NCBI GenBank assembly: GCA_965662235.1
Contig: CBFIGY010000001.1
Span: 224,001-288,000 of the forward strand
Direction: 5' to 3'
DNA from: an uncultured bacterium
Lineage (GTDB): Bacteria; SAR324; NAC60-12
DNA length: 64,000 bases
Shown: positions 49,417 through 59,890 of the stretch, piece after piece
How the letters are laid out: each line of letters starts with the position of its first letter
Numbering within the stretch: position 1 is the first letter of the stretch
Program-made: the position numbers and the translations under genes
Notes under the pieces: model-generated
What the model saw: only the letters and a program-made list of their open reading frames with translations
The model's database searches: none
Told to the model about the DNA's origin: nothing

Positions 49417-50147
49417 GCACCCCGCGTTCAGAGTTCTGGGCAGGAGTCCGAGACTCCTTTCCACTGGTGCTCGGGGCCGTTCCGTTTGGAATCATCTTTG
49501 GAACCCTTGCTGAAAGCGGAGGCCTGTCCTTTGGGGCTGCACTGGCGTTTTCAGCAATCGTCTTTGCCGGGTCGGCTCAGTTCATTGCGCTCGGAATGGT
49601 CACCGCCGGAGCCGCATGGCCGATGGTGGTGCTGACCACCTTTGTCGTCAACTTCCGGCACCTGCTCTACTCCACCTCCCTTCTCCCATTTGTCCGCAAG
49701 CTTCCACAACGCTGGCGGGTGCCGCTCGCCTTCTGGCTGACTGATGAGACCTTCGCCGTGGCCATCCGGCGGTACCACGAGCCAGACTCTGCAGAGCACA
49801 AGCACTGGTACTACCTGGGCTCCTGCGTGTTCATGTACCTCAACTGGCAGGCCTGCACCCTGCTCGGCCTCTTCTTCGGACGCACCCTCCCGGGCCTAGA
49901 GAAGTGGGGGCTCGATTTTGCGATGTCGGCCACCTTCATCGGAATCGTGGTTCCGTACCTCAAGAGCCGTCCCATGGTCGCCGCTGCTGCTGTTTCCGGA
50001 GGCATGGGACTGGTGCTCCACGACCTTCCCAACAAACTTGGGCTGATTCTGGCGACCTTTGCAGGAGTGGCAACTGGATACGTGCTGGAGCAGTGGCTGG
50101 CCGCTCGGAAGCCCACCCTTCCGGCACTGGAGCAGGAGGGAACATGA
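49413..50147 (+). CDS. azlC: AzlC-family branched-chain amino acid exporter permease
   Basis: FAGSAQF, NFRHLLY, LTDETFA and GLDFAM. Confidence 0.9.
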   Translation: MSTPRSEFWAGVRDSFPLVLGAVPFGIIFGTLAESGGLSFGAALAFSAIVFAGSAQFIALGMVTAGAAWPMVVLTTFVVNFRHLLYSTSLLPFVRKLPQRWRVPLAFWLTDETFAVAIRRYHEPDSAEHKHWYYLGSCVFMYLNWQACTLLGLFFGRTLPGLEKWGLDFAMSATFIGIVVPYLKSRPMVAAAAVSGGMGLVLHDLPNKLGLILATFAGVATGYVLEQWLAARKPTLPALEQEGT

Positions 50148-50461
50148 CAGAGGTCTGGATGGTGACCGGAATGTTCCTGGCCACCTTTTTGATCCGCTAC
50201 CTGCCCTATGGCATTGCAGACGCCCTCCGGCTTCCAGAATCTCTGGAGCGAGCGTTACGCTACATTCCTCCAGCGGTGCTGATGGCGATTGTCGCGCCGG
50301 CGGTGCTCATTCCAGACGGGCAGCAGGTACAGCTGGACTGGCACAACCCCTACCTGATCGGAGCCGGAGTGGCGTTTTTGGTCGGATGGTGGCGCAATCA
50401 CCTGCTGCTGACCATCCTTTCGGCAATGCTGGCGTTCTTTGCCTGGCAGGCCCTCTTCTGA
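50144..50461 (+). CDS. azlD: AzlD-family small membrane subunit
   Basis: TFLIRY and [13 protein letters not shown] overlap with azlC. Confidence 0.88.
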   Translation: MTEVWMVTGMFLATFLIRYLPYGIADALRLPESLERALRYIPPAVLMAIVAPAVLIPDGQQVQLDWHNPYLIGAGVAFLVGWWRNHLLLTILSAMLAFFAWQALF

Positions 50462-50530
50462 GCATTGCACCCGCCTCCTGTTTCCGCTATCGTTGCGTCA
50501 CCTCATACCGTTCCCCTCAACAAGGCTGTC

Positions 50531-53518
50531 ATGACGTTAGACGAATGGATCCACACCCTTCCGCTCCCTGCTTCTGAAGCATTCTGGAAGGAACAGCTGG
50601 CAGCAGGATCGCTGCCGTTTTCCTGTGACTTCCCTGAGCCAACCGCAGCGCTTCTGGCCCAGCTGGAAGCCCTTCCTGGCTACGCCTCAGATGCGGAACG
50701 GCTCCGGAACGTCCTCTTTCGCTCCGGACACCTGGAAACAGCGGTGCGTCAGCTGCTTAGCTTTCTGGAGGCTTATGAACAGCACCTCGGGCATCCGTTT
50801 GATTGGAGCCAGCCTCATTCAGACGCCTTGATGACGGTATTTGGGAGCAGTGATTTTTTATCTCGACGCCTCGCCCGCAGTCCGGAATGGGCCGACGCGC
50901 TCTTGCAGTCGCCTTACCTGAAGCAGGAGAAATCCCTGGCGGTCATGCGGAGTGAACTGGAAGCTCGCCTGCCAGCAGCGCTGACGCTTCCCAACCTGAA
51001 GGAGTGCCTCCGGACGTACAAGTATGAGGAGTACCTCCGCATCACCGTCCGGGACCTTGGGAAACTGGGACAATTTGAAGAAACCCTCCGGGAGCTGTCG
51101 TCGATTGCAACCGCAACGCTGCAGGTGGCCTTTTCCGGAGTGTTGCAGCTGGAGCAGTATTCCGCAGACGTCATGCCGTTTATGGTGCTCGGCATGGGGA
51201 AGCTCGGAGGAAACGAGCTGAACTACTCCTCCGACATTGACCTCATCTTTGTCCATGATGATGAAGCCCTCACTGGAGATCCGGACCAAGACGCCCTGCT
51301 GCGTCCCAAACTGGCGCGCAGGCTGATGGAGGTGCTCCGGGAGACCACGGCCGATGGCTTTGTCGCACGGGTTGACATGCGCTTGCGTCCCGGAGGAGAT
51401 GCCGGACCCCTGGTGCAGGCGCTGGACGCAATTGAAAACTACTATGCTGCCCAAGGAGAGCTGTGGGAACGGCAGATGCTCATCAAGGCTCGCTGCGTTG
51501 CCGGTTCTCAGGAGCTTGGAGAGCAGTTCCGGAAGATGGTGGCGCCCTTTGTTTTCAGCAAGCTGCTGGATGAACGGGTTCTGCGGGAAGTCGAACGCGT
51601 CAAGGGACGCATTGAAGAAGAGCACCTGCGGGAAGACCACCTGAACGTCAAGCTCGGGGTGGGTGGCATCCGGGAGATCGAGTTCTTTGTCCAGACCTTT
51701 CAGTTGCTGTATGGAGGCGGGCGCCCAGAGCTTCGCCTTTATGGCACCCTGGAAACCCTGGAGGCACTGGACCGGCTTCACCTGGTGCCTGCGGCAGATG
51801 TGCAGATCCTTCGAGACGCCTACCTCTACCTGCGACGCTTAGAGCACGCGCTTCAGCTTCGAGAGGAGCACCAGACGCACCTCATTCCCGCAGAACCGGA
51901 ACAGCAACGCGTCATTGCCCGCATCATGGGGTTTGACGACTTCTCTCTGGAACAGGCTCGGCAGCGGTTGCTTCAGCACACCCAAGACGTCATGGCTCGT
52001 GTCCGGGCCATCTTTGGAGGTCTGTTCAGCCAGCGGCATGTTGAAATTGAAGCGGCCATCCGGAGCAGCACCCACATCCGGAACTTTCAGGAACACGAGT
52101 CCCAGCTCATTGAGTCACTTGCTCGGCAGCTGGTGCCGCTATTTGACGCCCAGCACAAGCCCCTTCCGGAGCACAACACCCGACTCATGGACCGTTCGGT
52201 GCTGGAGCGACGCTTTCAGCTGCTCTTTGACCGCATTGGCGCCAAGCTGCACCACTACCAGACGCTGCTGTCGCACCCTTCCGGACTGTCGCGCATGGCC
52301 CGGATTGCTGAAACCAGCGAGATGCTCTGGAACTACCTCATCAACCACCTTGAGCTGCTGGAGCAACTGGACTCACCGGTGGCCCTCAAGCGAGACGACT
52401 GGGCGGAGCAGCTTGGAAACGGACTGGAAGCATTGGAAGACGAGGAAGACAAGATCGACTTCCTCCGGCAGTTCAAGCACATGCACACCTTCCTCATCGG
52501 CAGCGCCGAGCTGGAGGGCCTTCTGCCCTACGAGGAAGCTCGCCGGAGCCTTACCGCGCTGGCTGAGGTCATTCTGCAAAAAGCCCTTGGCCTGACCATT
52601 GAATTCCTGGCACCCCGCTACGGCGCCCTAGAACCCACGGGCGACGACCCGGTTCAGTTCACCATCATCGGCATGGGGAAACTCGGGGGGCACGAGCTGA
52701 CGTATCACTCCGACCTGGACCTGATCTTCATCTACAACGGCGCTGGAATCACCAACGGCAAGCTCGAGGTGGGAGCCCAGGAATACTGGGTGAAGCTGGT
52801 GCAGCGCCTCATTTCCGTTCTCGGCACCATGACGCGGACCGGGTACGCCTACAAGCTTGACACCCGCCTCCGTCCCTCCGGAAACGCCGGGGTGCTCGTG
52901 ACCCCGCTTCAGGCGTACACACGCTACCACGAGAGCTCTCAGCCGTGGGAACATCAGGCCCTGATCAAGGGACGCCCGGTCGGAGGAATCGGAGGCCTTG
53001 CGTGGGATGAGGAGGTCCAGGGCTTGCTGGAAAAGGCTGTTTACGACTGGGAGCTTCCTGAAGGGCTCCGGGAGCAGATCAACCACCTGCGCCTCCGCAA
53101 GGAGAATGAACTTTCAGGAGAAACCCGCACCCGCCGCAACCTCAAGGAAGGACGGGGTGGGCTGCTGGACATTGAGTTTCTGGTGCAGTACCTCCAGTTG
53201 CTCCATGGAAAGCACCACCCGGAGCTCCGGACCCCTGAGACGCTGGAAGCCCTGAGTACCCTTGGGCAACTGGGCATTCTGACCGTCGATGAAGCGCAGG
53301 CGCTGGCCCGGGGCTACCGATTGCTGCGACTCGTCGAGAATGTCCTGCGTTTGCTGTATGATGAGTCCACCAACACCCTCAACCTGGAGCAGCTGCCAGA
53401 GGACGTCCTCCTCCCCATGCTCCGGCGTCAGGGGTACGAGACCCAGAACCTGCCTCAGCTGTTACTGGATTCTACTGAAACCATCCGCTCCCTCTACGAG
53501 CGCGTCATGATCGCCTAA
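50531..53518 (+). CDS. glnE: Glutamine synthetase adenylyltransferase/adenylyl-removing enzyme
   Basis: Two copies of GMGKLGG.EL.Y.SD.DLIF, D.RLRP.G, WE and K.G.GG...IEF. Confidence 0.95.
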   Translation: MTLDEWIHTLPLPASEAFWKEQLAAGSLPFSCDFPEPTAALLAQLEALPGYASDAERLRNVLFRSGHLETAVRQLLSFLEAYEQHLGHPFDWSQPHSDALMTVFGSSDFLSRRLARSPEWADALLQSPYLKQEKSLAVMRSELEARLPAALTLPNLKECLRTYKYEEYLRITVRDLGKLGQFEETLRELSSIATATLQVAFSGVLQLEQYSADVMPFMVLGMGKLGGNELNYSSDIDLIFVHDDEALTGDPDQDALLRPKLARRLMEVLRETTADGFVARVDMRLRPGGDAGPLVQALDAIENYYAAQGELWERQMLIKARCVAGSQELGEQFRKMVAPFVFSKLLDERVLREVERVKGRIEEEHLREDHLNVKLGVGGIREIEFFVQTFQLLYGGGRPELRLYGTLETLEALDRLHLVPAADVQILRDAYLYLRRLEHALQLREEHQTHLIPAEPEQQRVIARIMGFDDFSLEQARQRLLQHTQDVMARVRAIFGGLFSQRHVEIEAAIRSSTHIRNFQEHESQLIESLARQLVPLFDAQHKPLPEHNTRLMDRSVLERRFQLLFDRIGAKLHHYQTLLSHPSGLSRMARIAETSEMLWNYLINHLELLEQLDSPVALKRDDWAEQLGNGLEALEDEEDKIDFLRQFKHMHTFLIGSAELEGLLPYEEARRSLTALAEVILQKALGLTIEFLAPRYGALEPTGDDPVQFTIIGMGKLGGHELTYHSDLDLIFIYNGAGITNGKLEVGAQEYWVKLVQRLISVLGTMTRTGYAYKLDTRLRPSGNAGVLVTPLQAYTRYHESSQPWEHQALIKGRPVGGIGGLAWDEEVQGLLEKAVYDWELPEGLREQINHLRLRKENELSGETRTRRNLKEGRGGLLDIEFLVQYLQLLHGKHHPELRTPETLEALSTLGQLGILTVDEAQALARGYRLLRLVENVLRLLYDESTNTLNLEQLPEDVLLPMLRRQGYETQNLPQLLLDSTETIRSLYERVMIA

Positions 53519-53537
53519 CGTCTCCACTGCCTCCACC

Positions 53538-55223
53538 ATGCTCCTCAGCCTCAAGCTGCAAAACCTGGCCACCATCAAGGAACTCGAAGTCGAGTTCAGC
53601 TCCGGTTTTTCCATCATGACCGGAGAAACAGGCGCCGGGAAGTCCATCATGATTGATGCGATCCTCCTGGTTCTGGGAGGAAAGGGAGATCCGGGGATGG
53701 TCCGTTCCGGAGAAGAGAAGGCCACGATTGAGGCCGTCTTTGACCTGAACCGACTCAAGGGGCTCCGGGAGCACCTGAAGGAATCGGGAATTGAAGCCGA
53801 CGAGGAGTTGATCATCCGGTGCCTAGTGCCCCGTCAGGGACGTCAACGCCGGTACATCAACGGCGCCACTGTGACCGCTGAGTTCCTGCGCTCCCTTGGC
53901 AAACGCCTAGTGAACATTCACGGACAGCACGACAATCAAGCGCTGCTGCAGGTCGCCTCTCACCTCGACTTCCTAGATGGCTTCGGCCAGCTGTTTCCCC
54001 TGCGCGAGGACGTTTCCTTGCTGCATCAACGGCACCAGCAGCTTCTGCAGGAGCAACGCCGGCTGCTCAAGCGACTGGAAGCCCGCAACGCCCGGATGGA
54101 GGAGCTGGGTTGGGTGATTGAAGAACTGGAAGAACTGCAGCTGCAGCGTGGAGAAGAAGAGGAGCTGCAGCAAGAAGCCCACCGGCTCTCTCATACGGAA
54201 AAGCTGTCCCTGTGGTTCGGACAGATCCTAGCTCAGCTCAACGACTCCGAGGGTTCCATCCTTGAACAGCTGGAGTCCGTCCGCCGGGCCTTGGAGGATG
54301 CAGAGCAGGTTGACCCCAAGTGCAGTGACATGAAGGGCGCTTTGGAGTCCGCCCTGTTTCAGGTGGAAGACGTCCATCGGCTGGCCAGCCGTTACACCGA
54401 TAGCATTGAGGAAGATCCGGAGCGATTGGCCTGGCTCAACGAACGACTCAGCCGCATCCAACGCATCCAACGCAAGCACCGTCGGGACACAGCAGACGCG
54501 CTGATCGACCTGTTGGAGCGCTCACAAGAAGAGCTTGCCGAGTTGAGCCACCTTGATGAAGACGGCTTGGAACTCCAGCGTCAGGTGGACGCCACTGCCC
54601 AGCAGCTCCGGATTCAGGCGCAGATGCTTTCTGCTGCTCGCCAGGAACAGGCCCTGCTGCTGGACCAGCAGATCGTCAAGCAGCTGCAGGAGTTGGGAAT
54701 GAGCAAGGCTCGTTTTCAGACGCAGGTCCAGACTGCGGACGCGAGTGAGGACCTGAGCCTCATTGGTCCCTCTGGAGCCGACGCTGTGGAATTCCTGCTC
54801 TCGGTCAATCCAGGACAGGACCTCCGGAGCCTAGTCAAGGTTGCTTCAGGAGGAGAGCTGTCTCGGATCATGCTGGCCCTGAAGACGGTCCTGACGTCGC
54901 TGGACACCGTTGAGATTCTGATCTTTGATGAAGTGGACACCGGAATCAGCGGGCGGGTCGCTGAGATTGTGGGGCTGAAGCTCCGGGAGCTGGGCTCCCG
55001 GCACCAGACGCTGTGCATCACCCACCTGCCTCAGATTGCTGCATTTTCTCAGCAGCACTATGTGGTGACAAAGGAGGTGAAGGCCGAGCAGACCTTCACG
55101 CACATCCGGCTTTTGAAGACCGAGGAAGAAAAAGCACAGGAGTTGGCTCAGTTGATGGGCGGGCAGGAGATCAGCTCCAACACCCTGGAGCTGGCGCGAG
55201 AGATGCTGGCGCGAGCCTCGTGA
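53538..55223 (+). CDS. recN: DNA repair protein RecN
   Basis: TGETGAGKS, IHGQH, ASGGELSR, FDEVDTGISG and ITHLPQIAA. Confidence 0.97.
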   Translation: MLLSLKLQNLATIKELEVEFSSGFSIMTGETGAGKSIMIDAILLVLGGKGDPGMVRSGEEKATIEAVFDLNRLKGLREHLKESGIEADEELIIRCLVPRQGRQRRYINGATVTAEFLRSLGKRLVNIHGQHDNQALLQVASHLDFLDGFGQLFPLREDVSLLHQRHQQLLQEQRRLLKRLEARNARMEELGWVIEELEELQLQRGEEEELQQEAHRLSHTEKLSLWFGQILAQLNDSEGSILEQLESVRRALEDAEQVDPKCSDMKGALESALFQVEDVHRLASRYTDSIEEDPERLAWLNERLSRIQRIQRKHRRDTADALIDLLERSQEELAELSHLDEDGLELQRQVDATAQQLRIQAQMLSAARQEQALLLDQQIVKQLQELGMSKARFQTQVQTADASEDLSLIGPSGADAVEFLLSVNPGQDLRSLVKVASGGELSRIMLALKTVLTSLDTVEILIFDEVDTGISGRVAEIVGLKLRELGSRHQTLCITHLPQIAAFSQQHYVVTKEVKAEQTFTHIRLLKTEEEKAQELAQLMGGQEISSNTLELAREMLARAS

Positions 55224-55224
55224 C

Positions 55225-57174
55225 TCACTCCTCCGATTTGGGATTGGAGAAATCAAACTCCGGAGAATCGAGAGCTGCGGCCGCTACTTGGCGAATCTTT
55301 TCAATCGGCTTGTCGGCCACCCGATTTCCCCGGGCCTGAGCGCCTTTCACCAAGAGGCTATCGAAGAGCACCAGCTCTCGGGTCTTCCGCAGCCGAGGCG
55401 CTGGTACAAACAAGGCCTCCAGCATCATTCCGGATCCTTGGCTGAAGTGCATGATCTTCGACCCGCGTGCCTTGGGAAAGAGCCGGTACTCCTTATCCAG
55501 AATGAACTTTTCCACCCGGAACCGCTTCGCATAGCAGATCTGGCTCTCGCCCTCTGAATAAACCAAGTTGTACACGGCTTTGGGGTCGTGCAGATCCAAC
55601 CGGTTGACGTCCTTTCCGACAAACAGTTTCTCCGGAACCTTGATCACCTGGTAGCGGCCATCCTTCCGGAACAGCACAATGCGGTCAAATTCAGAGCAAG
55701 TGAGCGTGTGGTTGCTCTTGATGGCTGTTCCGATGAAGCCCGTCTGCTTGTCCCACCCCAGTTGAAGCGTTTCCGCCACATCCTTCATGCGGATCTCATC
55801 AAAGGACGCCACTTCCGTCAAACGTGGATAGAGGGGTCCGTAATTCTTGATGAGCCCTTCTAGGTAGGCGATCGCGTAAGGGGTCAGTTCCTTCAAGTGC
55901 TTCCGGACCTCCCGGATGCGTTTCTGCAGCTTCTTCAGGTTGGCCTCAGCCTCCTTCTGATCAAAGCGGGAAATGCGCTTAATCGGAATTGAAAGCAGAG
56001 CTTCCAAGTCCTCCTTCTCAATCGGGAACTCCAGTTCCGGAAGCAGTGGCTGCATGCGCGCCTCCACCTTTTCTAGGACCTCCTCATACGAATCGCACTC
56101 TTCCAGAACCTGGTAGATCTGTTCCTTCAGGAAGTACAGCTCCAGCCGCCCTCGGTGCCACTTGCGACGCAGTTGCTCAAGCTCAAGCTCAAGCTCAAGC
56201 CGGAGGAGCTTCAGCAGCCGTTCAGTGGCATGCTCCACTACTTCCGACGTCGTCATCTGCACCGGTTGGTTGCCCCGGATGACCAGCAGGTTCACCGAAA
56301 TGGACACCTCGCACTGCGTAAAGGCGTACAGCGGTTTGAGCAGGTTGGCGGCCTGCACCCCTCGCATCGCCTTCAGCTCCACCGCCACGTGCTCCGTGGT
56401 GAAGTCGTTGATGGACGCCACCTTGAGCTTCCCCTTGTTCGCCGCATCCTGAATGGACTGGATCAGGCTTTCTGTGGTGACCCCAAAGGGAACGTCTTTG
56501 ATGAGAAGCGTCTTGTCGTCCTGAACCTCCACTCGGGCCCGAATTCGGACCTTCCCGTTGCCGTTCTGGTAGTTCTCCGGATCCATGATGCCGCCGGTGA
56601 GGAAGTCCGGAAGCAGCTCCTGAACCTCTCCCTTGAGCCACGCCACCTGCGCCTGGAGGACCTCATTGAAGTTGTGCGGAAGGATGCGGGTGGACATGCC
56701 CACCGCGATGCCTTCGGCGCCCAGCAGCAGCGTCGCTGGAATCTTGCAGGGCAAGCGAACGGGCTCCTTGTTCCGGCCATCGTAGCTTTCCACAAATTCG
56801 GTCAGCTGTGGATTGAAGAGCACCTCGCGCGCAAGGGGCGTCAGGCGGGCTTCAATGTACCGGACTGCCGAAGCTGGGTCTCCGGTGAAGAGGTTCCCGA
56901 AGTTCCCCTGCTTCTCAATGAAGTACTCCTTGTTGGCAATGACCACCAGGGCCGATCCAATGGACGCGTCTCCGTGCGGGTGCAGCTTCATCGTCTCTCC
57001 AACGATGTTGGCGACCTTGCTGAACTTGCCGTCGTCCATGGCCCACATGGTGTGGAGGATGCGGCGTTGGACCGGCTTCAAGCCGTCGTCCACATCTGGA
57101 ATCGCTCGATCCTTGATGACGTACGAGGCGTATTCCAGAAAATTCTGGTCCATCAAGGGTTTGAGGTTCTGCAT
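55225..57174 (-). CDS. parC: Type IIA topoisomerase A subunit, short ParC type
   Basis: FLEYASYVIKDRAIP, DGLKPVQRRIL, HPHGD, QGNFG, RYIEARL (catalytic Tyr) and GIAVGMST; 649 aa. Confidence 0.88.
   Translation of the reverse strand: MQNLKPLMDQNFLEYASYVIKDRAIPDVDDGLKPVQRRILHTMWAMDDGKFSKVANIVGETMKLHPHGDASIGSALVVIANKEYFIEKQGNFGNLFTGDPASAVRYIEARLTPLAREVLFNPQLTEFVESYDGRNKEPVRLPCKIPATLLLGAEGIAVGMSTRILPHNFNEVLQAQVAWLKGEVQELLPDFLTGGIMDPENYQNGNGKVRIRARVEVQDDKTLLIKDVPFGVTTESLIQSIQDAANKGKLKVASINDFTTEHVAVELKAMRGVQAANLLKPLYAFTQCEVSISVNLLVIRGNQPVQMTTSEVVEHATERLLKLLRLELELELEQLRRKWHRGRLELYFLKEQIYQVLEECDSYEEVLEKVEARMQPLLPELEFPIEKEDLEALLSIPIKRISRFDQKEAEANLKKLQKRIREVRKHLKELTPYAIAYLEGLIKNYGPLYPRLTEVASFDEIRMKDVAETLQLGWDKQTGFIGTAIKSNHTLTCSEFDRIVLFRKDGRYQVIKVPEKLFVGKDVNRLDLHDPKAVYNLVYSEGESQICYAKRFRVEKFILDKEYRLFPKARGSKIMHFSQGSGMMLEALFVPAPRLRKTRELVLFDSLLVKGAQARGNRVADKPIEKIRQVAAAALDSPEFDFSNPKSEE
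56175..56200. repeat. In-frame hexamer tandem repeat (GCTCAA)x4 within parC, encoding LELELELE
   Basis: Directly visible in the sequence. Confidence 0.8.
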
Positions 57175-57209
57175 CCGTTACCTTCCTGAAGCCTTCAGAG
57201 TTGGAGGGA

Positions 57210-58790
57210 TTAGAGAGAAATTTTTCGAGCAGAGGTGATTCCGGAGCGGTTGCGCAGTTCCTCCACCACTTCTTCCGAGATTCCATCATCCACCCGAATC
57301 AAGGCCATTGCTTCTCCGCCCTTGATGTTCCGGGCCAGCTCAAACTGGTCGATGTTCACCCCCTTGGTTCCCAAAAGGGTTCCGATCACCCCCACCATGC
57401 CAGGCTGGTCTTCATTGGTGGTCAGCAGGATGGTGCCGGCAGGTTCAATTTCGCACACAAAGTCATTCACCAGCGTAATGCGGGGGTGCTGTCCACTGAA
57501 CACAACGCCTCCAATCTGGAACCGTCCTTCGGGTCCCTGCAGGGTGCACTTGAGCGCACTCTCGTAATCCGTAAATCCGGGATCCGTGGTTTCCTCAACC
57601 CGCAGGCCTGCCGCAACGGCACACTGATCGGCGTTGACGTAACTGACGTGCTCATGCTTGTCGTCCAGAAATCCCTTGAGGAAGCTGAGGCGGAGCAAGG
57701 ACCCATCGTGCCGAGCCAGGCTCCCCCGGAGCTTCAGCTCGAGCAGATTGGGTGCAATCGTGGTGGCCTGAGAGGCAAAGCGTCCAAGGTTTTCTGCCAG
57801 AGCAGCGTAGGCTCGGACCTGAGGGTTGTCCAGCACCTGAACATTCGGCATGTTCACCGGAGAGTCCACCACTTCCCCCCGCAGCGCCCGTGGAACCTGA
57901 ACGCCCACAGACTCGGCAATCCGCATCTGAGCCTCTAGGGTGGAAGCACCGATGTGCGGGGTCATGACCACATTGGGAAACTCCCGGAACGCGTTGTCCT
58001 GCGGTGGTTCGATTTCCCACGTATCCACTCCGGCAGCAGCCACCCGTCCGGACTGGATGCCTTTGAGCAAAGCAGCCTCATCAACCACACCGCCCCGCGC
58101 CGCATTGATGATGATCACCCCGGACTTCATGCGCGCAAACTCTGAGGCGCCGAGCATTCCGGTCGTTTCTTTGTTCTTGGGAACGTGCAGGGTGATCACG
58201 TCCGATTCCTCCACCAACTCATCCCACGACACCTTTTTGGCGTTGTGTCGCTCAAAGACTTCGTCGGAGATGTAAGGGTCGTAGGCATGCACCGTCATGT
58301 CAAACGCATTGGCAAACCGAGCCACGCGGTGTCCCACGTTTCCCAGACCAATGATGCCCATGGTTTTTCCCAGCAGCTCAATGCCCGTGAAGGTGTGCCG
58401 GTCCCACCGCAGGTTTTCCATGTTCTTGTGAGCCGGGAGGATCTTCCGGATGGCATTGAGGAGCAACCCCAGCGTCAGCTCGGCTGCCGAGTTGGTGTTC
58501 TTGGCTGGCGTGTTGAACACCAGGATCCCCTTCTCTGTCGCATAATCGACATCGATGTTGCCGATTCCCACTGCGGCTCGGGCAATCACCTTCAGGTTTG
58601 GGGCGTGGTCCATGAGCTCCCGGGTGATCGGAGTTTCTGAACGGGACAGCACGCAGTGATAGGGTTCCACCACCGAAAGGATTTCTTGGTAAGGAAGGTC
58701 GGGTGAGTAGGTCACTTCCAGATCCGGCTCCTGCTGGAGCAGGTTCAGTCCAACCTCATGGATGGAGCCAGTAATCAAAACTTTGTACAT
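57210..58790 (-). CDS. serA: D-3-phosphoglycerate dehydrogenase with ASB/ACT domains
   Basis: ARAAVGIGNID, GLGNVG, YDPY, NAARGG, TPHIGAST and an ACT domain DQPGMVG. Confidence 0.95.
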   Translation of the reverse strand: MYKVLITGSIHEVGLNLLQQEPDLEVTYSPDLPYQEILSVVEPYHCVLSRSETPITRELMDHAPNLKVIARAAVGIGNIDVDYATEKGILVFNTPAKNTNSAAELTLGLLLNAIRKILPAHKNMENLRWDRHTFTGIELLGKTMGIIGLGNVGHRVARFANAFDMTVHAYDPYISDEVFERHNAKKVSWDELVEESDVITLHVPKNKETTGMLGASEFARMKSGVIIINAARGGVVDEAALLKGIQSGRVAAAGVDTWEIEPPQDNAFREFPNVVMTPHIGASTLEAQMRIAESVGVQVPRALRGEVVDSPVNMPNVQVLDNPQVRAYAALAENLGRFASQATTIAPNLLELKLRGSLARHDGSLLRLSFLKGFLDDKHEHVSYVNADQCAVAAGLRVEETTDPGFTDYESALKCTLQGPEGRFQIGGVVFSGQHPRITLVNDFVCEIEPAGTILLTTNEDQPGMVGVIGTLLGTKGVNIDQFELARNIKGGEAMALIRVDDGISEEVVEELRNRSGITSARKISL

Positions 58791-58892
58791 AGGGACTTCT
58801 AGGGAAAGGGCCATACGGGAACTTGAGGTTCAGTCAAACCTAGTACTTTCCCACACTTTCCTAGACGAATAAAGATGGAACCCGCGAAAGGG

Positions 58893-59219
58893 CTACAGGG
58901 AGGAGGAATTTTTGTAGAAAGGAGGAGCCTGAAGGAAGAGGCGCGACAGCTTGGGCCGGATCCGTTCCTGCAGAAAGTCGACTCCGCTGGGCAGCTCCGT
59001 GGCCGTTGAGGGAGAAGCAGCCAATGGTGACGGCTGGACACGAGCCGAAGGAGACTCGGGCATCCGTTGCTCCAGGTCTTGAATGACCCGCATCATCTCA
59101 CGACGTTCCTGCTGGTCCTGAGACCGTTGCTGAATGAGTTGCTCGCTCATGGAGACCAAGCGCTCACTCATGTCAATGAGGCGATCGTAGCGTTCTTCAA
59201 AGGTTTTGTGGGTACTCAT
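58893..59219 (-). CDS. Hypothetical small coiled-coil protein
   Basis: 108-aa ATG ORF with a TTGCGC-N16-TAGACT promoter candidate upstream. Confidence 0.55.
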   Translation of the reverse strand: MSTHKTFEERYDRLIDMSERLVSMSEQLIQQRSQDQQERREMMRVIQDLEQRMPESPSARVQPSPLAASPSTATELPSGVDFLQERIRPKLSRLFLQAPPFYKNSSSL

Positions 59220-59376
59220 GATCTCTCGTCAGCCGCTTGAATTCAGTCGCTGATGAGTCTAAGCCGGGAGGAGAGGAGCGCAAGCGTAAAACGGCGTCAC
59301 CTCACTCCGGCCACCTGCGGGCGTCCGCTGTGACCAGAGTGAACGTGTCCGGAACGGCTCGTCCCGTTTCCAAGGT

Positions 59377-59414
59377 GATTGATTATTGACAATAATAATT
59401 CAATCGACTATAAA
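59377..59414 (+). promoter_or_regulatory. Near-consensus sigma70 promoter TTGACA-N17-TATAAA overlapped by the inverted repeat ATTATTG-A-CAATAAT
   Basis: TTGACA at 59386-59391, TATAAA at 59409-59414, inner arms 59382-59396, outer arms GATTG/CAATC; an AT-rich island in GC-rich DNA. Confidence 0.75.
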
Positions 59415-59463
59415 TCCGAGTTCAGAACCCTTTACGCGCCATCACTTCTTCTGGGGTCAGGCG

Positions 59464-59631
59464 ATGAAAACAACGCGCACGATTGACCAACCGACGATTC
59501 GGCAAGAAGCTTGCAGTCTTCTGTTTCATGGAATGCTCCTGGAAAGGGTGGATCAGCCAGTCACCGGACTCCCCATGACTCCGCGACGGCCTCTTACCTT
59601 TCCTTATCGGCACCTTATCGACTTTCTTTAA
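59464..59631 (+). CDS. Possible 55-aa small ORF (or untranslated leader)
   Basis: ATG ORF between the strong promoter and the RHH gene; no recognisable motif. Confidence 0.3.
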   Translation: MKTTRTIDQPTIRQEACSLLFHGMLLERVDQPVTGLPMTPRRPLTFPYRHLIDFL

Positions 59632-59638
59632 CGGATCA

Positions 59639-59890
59639 ATGCCAAGAGGCGGCTACAGAGAAGGAGCAGGGCGTAAGAAGGAATACAACGAGCCCGTCAA
59701 AAAGATCCTGCTGGGTCTGCCCCAATCGGTGCTGGACCAGCTGGACCAGTACGCCGCTCAGCAGAACCTTTCTCGCCCCAAGGCCGTTGCGGCCCTGCTC
59801 AAGCAAGTACAGAATCAGGCGACCGGAAGCAAGAAGGCGAAGATGCTGGAGGAGCTCAAGTCCCTGAAGATGGAGTTGCGTCGGAACTAG
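59639..59890 (+). CDS. Ribbon-helix-helix (CopG-like) DNA-binding protein with a GGxRxGAGRK N-terminal motif
   Basis: MPRGGYREGAGRK, then KILLGLPQSVLDQLDQYAAQQNLSRPKAVAALL (RHH pattern). Confidence 0.75.
   Translation: MPRGGYREGAGRKKEYNEPVKKILLGLPQSVLDQLDQYAAQQNLSRPKAVAALLKQVQNQATGSKKAKMLEELKSLKMELRRN

Noticed and set aside
56175..56200. (GCTCAA)4 as a phase-variation tract
   Set aside because: The unit length of 6 keeps the frame, and it encodes an LE helix in a housekeeping gene.
59250..59300. CTGATGAG resembling a hammerhead ribozyme core
   Set aside because: There is no GAAA after a stem II and no closing stems; the nearby imperfect palindrome (59229-59253) is better read as an operator or hairpin.
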